Below, piece after piece: positions 1 to 6,879 of a stretch of DNA of 50,673 nt. The translations under genes were made by a program, and so were the position numbers. This stretch comes from an uncultured Ruminococcus sp. (GTDB lineage: Bacteria; Bacillota; Clostridia; Oscillospirales; CAG-272). The notes beneath the pieces were generated by a model. The model saw nothing but the letters and a program-made list of their open reading frames with translations. It ran no database searches and was not told where the DNA came from. The stretch's first letter is position 1; every line of letters begins with the position of its first letter. Location: assembly GCA_964624685.1 (NCBI GenBank), contig CAZUYA010000006.1, positions 1 through 50,673 on the forward strand, read 5' to 3'.

Positions 1-1
1 T

Positions 2-2257
2 GCATATACCGTTGAAGCGGTTCAGGGCAATGCCGATGTTCAGGATGATCCGGAAGGTACTGCTTACGTTACCAATGCGGTCGAGTTCAAAGCGGCTCTG
101 AACGCAATGAAGGGACAACGCGCAAGTGCCAACATCGTCATTATGAAAAATATTGATATGAGCGGTTGGACCTCCTATGATGCCGATTACAAAACGATTA
201 CCATTGAAGGAAAAGGTCATACGTTGACCGGTTTGACGGCTCCGTTATTCCTTTCCGCAGGTATCGGCGATCTGACAGTTTCCAACCTGAACTTTTCAAA
301 TGCGAACCTTGAGTCAACTATACTTAATCCGGTGAATGATGGTCGCGGTGCGGGCGTGATTGCCGGCAATACCAACCAGAACGGCGGCGGTGTCATCACC
401 ATTGCCAATTGTAACGTGGAAGATTCTTCCATCAAAGCATACAAGTATGCGGGTGCGTTCATCGGTCATGCGGCAGGCGGTCAAACTGCGGCTGCAAAGA
501 TCGTATTTGACAACTGCACCGTGGAGGATACCGCTATTCAAACCATTGATTCTTCCGTTGGCGGTTTGATCGGTCACACGATTGTTGCAACGCAAATTTC
601 CGATTGCACGATTGCCGGAACCACTTCCATTCAGTGCAACGAGGACAGAACCAACCAAGCCGCAAAGGCAGGTTATCTGGTGGGTACGGTCAATGCTTAC
701 ACCACCGAGATCAGCGATTGCACGGTGGAAGGGACCGTACAGTTGAACACCAAGAACGGCACAACGTTGGCAGACGGTTTGGTCGGACGGACGGCAGCTT
801 CCGGTGCGATTGTTGTCAACAACAGCGCATATGTGACAGCGGCTCAACTCAAGGCAATCTTGACTGCCGGTGTCGATGTCAAGTTGGATAAAAACTATAT
901 TTTGACCGACGCATGGACTTCTGTTTCCGTTGCCAATAATACCGTCATCGACGGACAGGGACACTCCATCTCCGGCTTGACGACTTCGTTGTTGAAGGAT
1001 AACGTTCCCAACGTGACCATCAAGAATCTGACCATCAAAAATTCTATCATTGAGTCCACCTCCGCAGTCGGTGCGGGAAACGGCGCATTTGTTCCCAGTT
1101 GTAATCAAAGCGGAAAGCTCGTGTTCGAGAATTGCCATTTGCTCAATTCCACGGTCAACGGTGATGCAACCAACCAGCAGGTCGGTGGTTTTGTCGGTCA
1201 TTTTGCAGGTGCTATGGAAGTTTCCGGTTGTACGGTCATTGGTTGTAACATCAACGGTGACAGCTCTGCCGCCGGGATTGTCGCATTGGCACAATTGAAT
1301 CTGGATCAGAGCATTTCCGATTGTGAAGTGAAAAATTGCAATATCACGTCTTCGGATGGCGACGATTGGAGAATCGGTGCCGTGGTCGGTACTGCCAATG
1401 CAAGCAAGACTTTGACAATCAGCAACTGCAAAGAGAGCGGCAATACGTACTCCATGCCCAACAGCAGTGCGACCAACCCCGGTCACAATCTGTACGGACG
1501 GAACAAAGGTACGGATACGTGCATGATCGTTATTGACGGCAAGGCACCCATTGCAAGCGGTGTTGTGCTGGATGTGGCATCCGGCATCTATGAACTTTCC
1601 AATGCCGACGGTATGGTTTGGTTTGCCGCTGAAGTGAAAAAAGCAGGCGCTCGCCGCGCTTGCTATGTCAGTGCAAAACTGGTTGACGATATTGATATGG
1701 GATCCGTTCTCAATTGGGCACCCATCGGTCAGACCGGCGGTTTGGACGATCAACCCGACTGGTACGGTACTTTTGACGGCGACGGTCACACCATCAGCAA
1801 CTTCCACATGGATGAGGTTGCGGGTGCCGATGAGTATTATGCGGTCGGTCTGTTCGGCTGGCACAAGGGTACCATTAAGAATCTGACTATGGAGAATGCA
1901 ACGATTTCCGGTGCACACTATGTCGGTGTGATCTGCGGTTATGTAGAAGCCGGCAAGATCGAGAATTGCACAGTCAAGAATTCTTCCGTTAAGGGATGCC
2001 ATGCAAACAGCGACAGATGTGGCGACAAGATTGGCGGAGTTGTCGGTTTTGCGGCTGCTTCTACCATCACAGATTGCACGGTGGACTCTATTCTCGTGAA
2101 CGCAGGTCGTGACGCAGGTTATGTTGTCGGATGTATCAGCAACGGCACTCAAGTAACGGGTTGCACGGCGATCGGAACGAATAACATGTTCGAGGATACA
2201 ACTTGCAATAAGCACGGCGAAAACATGAACGAGGAACTGATCGGTCGTTCCATTTAA
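2..2257 (+). CDS. 5'-truncated TasA/SipW-type surface protein with three GLUG-like beta-solenoid modules (paralog of 3025..5070)
   Basis: The frame is open from base 2 (AYTVEAVQGNADVQDDPEGTAYVTNA...), so ATG107 is internal. AYTVEAVQGNA matches the end of the TasA-like domain of the next gene. Repeated IDGxGH(S/T)ISGL, VGGLIG and NCTVxNS motifs. Module 3 has W.PIG...GTFDGDGHTISN...GLFG, typical of GLUG-containing proteins. Confidence 0.8.
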   Translation, partial: AYTVEAVQGNADVQDDPEGTAYVTNAVEFKAALNAMKGQRASANIVIMKNIDMSGWTSYDADYKTITIEGKGHTLTGLTAPLFLSAGIGDLTVSNLNFSNANLESTILNPVNDGRGAGVIAGNTNQNGGGVITIANCNVEDSSIKAYKYAGAFIGHAAGGQTAAAKIVFDNCTVEDTAIQTIDSSVGGLIGHTIVATQISDCTIAGTTSIQCNEDRTNQAAKAGYLVGTVNAYTTEISDCTVEGTVQLNTKNGTTLADGLVGRTAASGAIVVNNSAYVTAAQLKAILTAGVDVKLDKNYILTDAWTSVSVANNTVIDGQGHSISGLTTSLLKDNVPNVTIKNLTIKNSIIESTSAVGAGNGAFVPSCNQSGKLVFENCHLLNSTVNGDATNQQVGGFVGHFAGAMEVSGCTVIGCNINGDSSAAGIVALAQLNLDQSISDCEVKNCNITSSDGDDWRIGAVVGTANASKTLTISNCKESGNTYSMPNSSATNPGHNLYGRNKGTDTCMIVIDGKAPIASGVVLDVASGIYELSNADGMVWFAAEVKKAGARRACYVSAKLVDDIDMGSVLNWAPIGQTGGLDDQPDWYGTFDGDGHTISNFHMDEVAGADEYYAVGLFGWHKGTIKNLTMENATISGAHYVGVICGYVEAGKIENCTVKNSSVKGCHANSDRCGDKIGGVVGFAAASTITDCTVDSILVNAGRDAGYVVGCISNGTQVTGCTAIGTNNMFEDTTCNKHGENMNEELIGRSI

Positions 2258-2291
2258 CGGATATTTGATCGACAGTTGAAGCACGAAAATA

Positions 2292-2330
2292 GGCTCCCAG
2301 GGTGGGATTTCACTTTGGGAGCCGATTTCC
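2292..2330 (+). terminator. Probable intrinsic terminator hairpin after the first surface-protein gene
   Basis: GGCTCCCAGGGTG / CACTTTGGGAGCC 13-bp stem with 2 G-U pairs, 35 nt after the stop; the U tail is weak. Confidence 0.6.
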
Positions 2331-2367
2331 TCAAGAGAATGATGCCTGCAGTGGTAGGAAAGGAATC

Positions 2368-2820
2368 TCACCTGTAGGTGGAGGAAGCCACAAGCGGCGG
2401 TAGAGGCATCCCGTAGCCTCCCCTGTAGGGGAGGTGCCGCGAAGAGCGGCGGAAGGGTTTCTGCTAATGAGTTTTATTTTTTCAAAACAAACCCCTCCGT
2501 CAGGCTTGCGCCTGCCACCTCCCCTACGAGGGGAGGCTTTAAGAGGGAGGCTAACCGTAGCTTCCCCTGTAGGGGAAAAGGCACTTGGTGACGATAGGGT
2601 TTCGTTCTGTAGCCTCCCCTGTAGGGGAGGGAGCCGCGCCAAGGCGCGGGGGAGGGGGTTATTTGGTACGATGTTTTTTCTGTAGCAAAAACTTTTTCCT
2701 TTGGAAAGAACCCCTCCGTCACGGCAAGCCGTGCGGCACTTTGTGCGGCACTTTGTGCCTTCTCCCACTACGAGGGGAGACTTCAAGGGGCTAACGCCTT
2801 ACAGAGGGAGGCTTCAAAGG
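2368..2820. repeat. Mosaic REP-like palindromic repeat cluster 1 (GTAG- and CGTC-tagged units)
   Basis: GTAG-CCTCCCC-TGTA-GGGGAGG at 2413 and 2609 with a variant at 2557. CCCCTCCGTCAGGCTTGCGCCTGCCACCTCCCCTACGAGGGGAGG at ~2492. CCCCTCCGTCACGGCAAGCCGTG...CTACGAGGGGAG at 2711. Several blocks recur at 5361-6023. Confidence 0.85.
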
Positions 2821-2858
2821 ACTGCACCGATAGGAGATCAAAACAATTCAAAAAAATT

Positions 2859-2985
2859 GCGGTACCCGCGGGTACCGCCACTTCCCGGCGGGAAGTGGCG
2901 GTCAAAGATGAGAGGCTTCTGATAACCGAACGGGCGGAGCCGACCTTTGAGCAACCTTTGCGGTGACGCAACCCGACCACTTCGG
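2859..2985 (+). promoter_or_regulatory. Structured GC-rich region upstream of the TasA-like gene (candidate cis-regulatory RNA or operator)
   Basis: Perfect 20-bp palindrome GCGGTACCCGCGGGTACCGC (2859-2878) overlapping a perfect 13-bp stem ACCGCCACTTCCC/GGGAAGTGGCGGT (2874-2902). A second CCACTTC at 2977-2983 is an alternative pairing partner. Confidence 0.35.
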
Positions 2986-3024
2986 AATCGGACAAAATTC
3001 AAATAACGATAAAGAAAGGCGATT

Positions 3025-5070
3025 ATGATGAAGAAAAAAGTAATTCTATCTTCCATATTGACGATTGCACTTTGTCTGTGCTTGATTGCAGGATCGACTT
3101 TGGCACTCTTTACCGGTGAGAGCAAAGTCAATGTGGCAGTGACTTCCGGTACGGTGAGCGTTGTTGCCACCGCTTCCGATGTAAAATTGGGTTCCACGTT
3201 GGGACAGAATCTTTCCCAGACCAATGCTACCCAAAGCGGGAACACCGTCACTTTGGAAAAGTTTGTTCCCGGTGACTATGTGACATTCAACATTCAGGTT
3301 GAGAACAAGAGTGATGTGACCGTAAAATACAGAACCATCATTGCCATGGTGGAAGATAACGGTCTGTGGAACGGTTTGGAAGTAACCGTCAACGATGCAA
3401 CGTATGCGGGCGAGACCAAAGTTTCCGCATGGACAACGCTGGCACCGACCGCACATTCCGATACCGTATCGGTCAAAGTTGCATTGCCGAGCGGCGCGGG
3501 CAACGACTACATGGGCAAGACCTGCAAGTTTGCTTATACCGTGGAGGCGGTTCAGGGCAATGCCGAAACGGTCGATCCGGATGAAAATACGCATTACATC
3601 TATAATGTCAACGACCTTATGACTTTGTGCAACGGAGTAGACAGCTCGATCAAGCGTATTGAGTTTGTCAATGATGTCAATTTGAGCGGCTACAACTTTA
3701 CGACACTGGACTTTGATAACCGCGATGTTGCCATCGACGGGAACGGTCACACCGTAACCAACTTGAAGGCTCCGTTGTTCAACTTCTACGGCGGTACCGT
3801 TTCGGTCAAGAATTTGACCGTTGACGCGTCCGATGTTATTGGCAACAACGGAGTGCTGGGGACGGCTGCCATTGTGGAACAGGCACAGTGGGCGAGCCTC
3901 CGTATGGAGAACTGCCACGTTCGCAACACGACCGTAACCGCGGGCGACAGCCGCACGGCAGCTTTGGTCGGCTATGTGGTAGGCGGTGCGGAGATTGCCG
4001 ATTGCTCGGTTGAGAACTGCAACGTTACCGCGCAAGGTTCCGTTGCGGGTATCCTCGGACATGAACAAAGACAACCCGGTTATTGGAACTATGTCAAACT
4101 GGATAATTGTTCCGTGAAGAACAGCACCTTGGCTTCGACCGACAACGGCGGTTGGAGAGTGGGTACCATGATCGGTACAATCGCGGGCAAGAACACCACC
4201 ATCAATGAGAACTGCGTTTCCACGGGCAACACCTTGACGCAGACGGGCAAAACGGCTCCCGACCATGAGTGGTACGGACGAATTTCCAATACAGGAAGTC
4301 TGACCATTGGTACTACGGCATATGTTTCGGCGGCTGATTTGACAGAGATTCTGTCTCCCGTTGCAAACGGAACTTCTTCCTTTACTTTGGATAAGGATTA
4401 CGTTGTGACGGACGATTGGACGTCTTTGACATTCCCCACGAGCGGCGCGTATGAGCCGATTAACGCAACGTTTTCCATCGACGGTCAAGGTCACACCATT
4501 TCCGGTTTGACCGAGCCGTTGGTTGCCGGAAACATTGCCGCAACTGTAATTATCAAAAACTTGACGATCAAGGATTCTGTTATTTCCTCCGGAAATGAAG
4601 GCGATCTGGGCAGAGGTGCGTTCATTGCCTACAAGGACAATTTCGGCGGCGGATATGTTTATTTGGATAACTGCCATTTGGTTAACTCCACCGTAACGGC
4701 AGAGTATGCGGCAGGCGGTTTGATCGGTTACTTCTCCGGCGCGATTTTGGATATTCAAAATTGTTCCGTTTCCGGTTCCGAAATTTCCGGTCCGGATGAT
4801 GTCGGCGGATTGGTTGGATTTTGTGGATATGGTACAGTTACCATCAGCAATTCCAAAACGACGGATTGCACCATCGTCTCTACCAAGAGCGGTTCGTACA
4901 GAATCGGTTATACCATCGGTACGGTTCCCAGTGTGGGTACCGTTACGTTGAAGGGCGTGACTTTTTCCGGCGGTTCTTTGACGCAGGCAAACTCGACCGG
5001 CTTGGATAGCGGTGCCGTCAGCTCCAAGTGGATCGGACGGAGTTTCGGTAACGCGAGCATTCAGAATTGA
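3025..5070 (+). CDS. SipW-dependent signal peptide protein (TasA/CalY-like N-domain) with two GLUG-like beta-solenoid modules
   Basis: N-terminus MMKKKVILSSILTIALCLCLIAGSTLALFT...VTSGTV is a SipW-class signal. The TasA-like domain (FVPGD..FNIQVENKSDV..KYR..GNDYMGK..YTVEAVQ) is followed by two ~240-aa Gly/Asn/Cys-rich modules. RBS GAAAGG. Confidence 0.85.
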   Translation: MMKKKVILSSILTIALCLCLIAGSTLALFTGESKVNVAVTSGTVSVVATASDVKLGSTLGQNLSQTNATQSGNTVTLEKFVPGDYVTFNIQVENKSDVTVKYRTIIAMVEDNGLWNGLEVTVNDATYAGETKVSAWTTLAPTAHSDTVSVKVALPSGAGNDYMGKTCKFAYTVEAVQGNAETVDPDENTHYIYNVNDLMTLCNGVDSSIKRIEFVNDVNLSGYNFTTLDFDNRDVAIDGNGHTVTNLKAPLFNFYGGTVSVKNLTVDASDVIGNNGVLGTAAIVEQAQWASLRMENCHVRNTTVTAGDSRTAALVGYVVGGAEIADCSVENCNVTAQGSVAGILGHEQRQPGYWNYVKLDNCSVKNSTLASTDNGGWRVGTMIGTIAGKNTTINENCVSTGNTLTQTGKTAPDHEWYGRISNTGSLTIGTTAYVSAADLTEILSPVANGTSSFTLDKDYVVTDDWTSLTFPTSGAYEPINATFSIDGQGHTISGLTEPLVAGNIAATVIIKNLTIKDSVISSGNEGDLGRGAFIAYKDNFGGGYVYLDNCHLVNSTVTAEYAAGGLIGYFSGAILDIQNCSVSGSEISGPDDVGGLVGFCGYGTVTISNSKTTDCTIVSTKSGSYRIGYTIGTVPSVGTVTLKGVTFSGGSLTQANSTGLDSGAVSSKWIGRSFGNASIQN

Positions 5071-5080
5071 GAATGGATAG

Positions 5081-5268
5081 AATGTAACGTTTGACATGCG
5101 AGTCACAACTTTACCACCACCCCGAAGATGTTCAAGGTGGCAAAGGGCGGTACATTGACTCTGAAGAGCAGCGTTGCCGGCGGTAAGATTTATTTGGATC
5201 AAAATGTCGTCGAAAACTGTTTAGACAGCTTTGTAATTGACGTAACAGCGGTATCAACCGATGCATAA
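5081..5268 (+). pseudogene. Frameshifted remnant of a surface-protein domain
   Basis: NVTFDM (5081-5098), then after a frameshift SHNFTTTPKMFKVAKGGTLTLKSSVAGGKIYLDQ...* (5101-5268). This resembles the clostridial 'VTLDLNGH...FxVxxGGTLTLxDSxxGGKI' surface-protein motif. No convincing RBS or in-frame start covers the whole motif. Confidence 0.55.
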
Positions 5269-5278
5269 TTGCGCGTTT

Positions 5279-5312
5279 GTCGCGGCAGACATGAGTCTGC
5301 CGCGACTTTTTT
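5279..5312 (+). terminator. Rho-independent terminator
   Basis: GTCGCGGCAGAC-ATGA-GTCTGCCGCGAC perfect 12-bp stem followed by TTTTTT. Confidence 0.9.
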
Positions 5313-5360
5313 ATATTCTGAAAAAACGCTGGCAGTGCTGATTTTTCAGAATACAAAAAT

Positions 5361-6023
5361 AAACCCTTCCGTCAGGCTAACGCCTGCCACCTCCCCTACA
5401 GGGGAGGCTTCAGAGAGCTAACGCCCGCCCTACGATGGGAGGCTATCTGACACTTCCCCTGTAGGGGAAGTGTCACCGTAAGGTGACGATAGGGTTTCGT
5501 TCCGTAGCCTCCCACTACGAGGGGAGGCAGAAAGAGTTGCGGCGCAAAGGTGCTATTCCTAATTTGTTGATGAAAGTTTGTACTTCGGACGTTTCTCCTG
5601 TCGTGGGAGAAGATGCGTTTTATAGCATGCCTAAATGTGAGGAATCTCTCACCGCATTGGAGCCGCCTCACTTCGGATTTTCCCAACCCCCGAGCCTCCC
5701 CTGTAGTGGGAGAAGGCGCGTTGCGCCAGCCGCGCCCGGGCGCGGGGGAGGGGTTTATTTGGTACGATGTTTTTTCTGTAGCAAAAACTTTTATTTAGCA
5801 AACCCTTCCGTCAGGCTAACGCCTGCCACCTCCCCTACGAGGGGAGGCTTCAAAGGGCTAACGCCTGCGGCAGGAAGTGCCTTTTTTCACTGTGGGGGAG
5901 GTTTCAGAGGGCTAACGCCTGTGGCAGGATTTGATTTTTTTCACAGTAACCCCCCTCCGTCACGGCAAGCCGTGCGGCACTTTGTGCCTTCTCCCACTAC
6001 GAGGGGAGGCAGAAAGAGTTGCG
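5361..6023. repeat. Mosaic REP-like palindromic repeat cluster 2
   Basis: AAACCCTTCCGTCAGGCTAACGCCTGCCACCTCCCCTAC at 5361 and 5800. CACTACGAGGGGAGGCAGAAAGAGTTGCG at 5513 and 5995. Blocks shared with cluster 1: GGTGACGATAGGGTTTCGTTC, TTATTTGGTACGATGTTTTTTCTGTAGCAAAAACTTTT and CCCCTCCGTCACGGCAAGCCGTG. Confidence 0.85.
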
Positions 6024-6070
6024 ATTCCATGCGCGTTTTTGATATGGAGGATGAATCACAAGAACTCCCA

Positions 6071-6114
6071 AAAAAACAGAACCGTATGAAAAAATTCATA
6101 CGGTTCTGTTTTTT
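6071..6114. terminator. Bidirectional intrinsic terminator (ends the minus-strand lipoprotein gene)
   Basis: AAAAAACAGAACCGTATGAA-aaaa-TTCATACGGTTCTGTTTTTT perfect inverted repeat with A/T tails. Confidence 0.9.
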
Positions 6115-6127
6115 GCGTTCATTTTAT

Positions 6128-6598
6128 TTATTCTTCTGTCGTTGTGTCGGCAGTCAATACAATGGTTACGTGGAAGGTTCCAACTTCTTCTCCGGCTTCA
6201 AAATCGTATTTTTGGTCGGGATCAAATACGTATCCGTTTGCTTTGGTTACGCTGACTTCATAGTCTTTTTCGGTCAGTTTTTTGCTGATTTTGCCGTTGG
6301 CATCGGTTTTTCCGAGCGGATTGCACAGACCGTCGGCACAGGATTGTACCACAACGCCGGCAATCGGTGCGCCGTTTTGATCTACGACCGTAACGGTATA
6401 GGTGGGTTTGGTGGGAGTAGGATTCGTCGTTTCCGTGGAGTTGTCGGCGGTTGTCGTGGGCGTTTCGGTCGTTGTTGCAGTCGTGTTGTTTTCATTGCCG
6501 GAATCATCGGTGCAGGCGACGGTTGCCAATGCAATCGTAAAGACCAAAACAAACACCAAAGACAACCCCAAATAATTTTTGAGATGTTTCATTTTCAT
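6128..6598 (-). CDS. Small lipoprotein with Thr-rich linker and carboxypeptidase-regulatory/transthyretin-like domain
   Basis: Lipobox ATVAC, T/P-rich linker, YTVTVVDQNGAPIAGVVVQ...TDANG motif, GGAGG RBS, own promoter and terminator. Confidence 0.8.
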   Translation of the reverse strand: MKMKHLKNYLGLSLVFVLVFTIALATVACTDDSGNENNTTATTTETPTTTADNSTETTNPTPTKPTYTVTVVDQNGAPIAGVVVQSCADGLCNPLGKTDANGKISKKLTEKDYEVSVTKANGYVFDPDQKYDFEAGEEVGTFHVTIVLTADTTTEE

Positions 6599-6658
6599 GA
6601 GAAAAAACCTCCGAATTATGATTTTACTTGCTTGTCAGTCTTTGAACAAGCCTTTTAT

Positions 6659-6687
6659 ATTATAGCATTCTTTCTCTTTTTTTTCAA
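6659..6687 (-). promoter_or_regulatory. Sigma-A promoter of the lipoprotein gene
   Basis: Minus strand TTGAAA-17 nt-TATAAT with extended TG. Confidence 0.8.
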
Positions 6688-6776
6688 GAGGTTTCAAAAA
6701 AATTTTATCATTTTCATGTATCCGCGCAATTTATTTATACATTTATACAAAAAAAATATATTTTTACAAAAAATAC

Positions 6777-6805
6777 TTGAAATTTCTTACTTCCTGTAGT
6801 ATAAT
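6777..6805 (+). promoter_or_regulatory. Sigma-A promoter of the protease-opp operon
   Basis: TTGAAA (6777) - 17 nt - TATAAT (6800), preceded by an A/T-tract UP-like element. Confidence 0.85.
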
Positions 6806-6879
6806 ATAAACTATGTGCTCGACAGTTCCATCTCTTTCGTGCTTTGCGCAACAAATAAATAGAAAGGCAACAAAAAACG

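Noticed and set aside
314-2371. 685-aa minus-strand ORF
   Set aside because: Antisense shadow of the surface-protein gene caused by its codon bias; no motifs, and it starts at the edge of the repeat cluster.
3046-5202. 718-aa minus-strand ORF
   Set aside because: Same shadow effect opposite the TasA-like gene; no RBS or recognisable domain.
2-5268. Diversity-generating retroelement or invertase shufflon acting on the adhesin genes
   Set aside because: No reverse transcriptase or recombinase in the window, no TR/VR pair differing only at adenines, and no inverted cassettes.
5312-5355. CodY-box-like inverted repeat TATTCTGAAAAA...TTTTTCAGAATA
   Set aside because: About 4 mismatches to the AATTTTCWGAAAATT consensus, and it lies after a terminator rather than at a promoter.
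2368-6023. CRISPR array or IS/MITE interpretation of the repeats
   Set aside because: No constant repeat-spacer period, spacers are themselves repeated, and I found no cas or transposase gene, terminal inverted repeats or target duplication.
5483-6799. 438-aa plus-strand ORF, and the short ORFs within 2331-2995 and 5396-5798
   Set aside because: They run through GC-rich REP palindromes, a terminator, the antisense of the lipoprotein and promoter DNA. Similarity between them reflects the DNA repeats, not protein homology.
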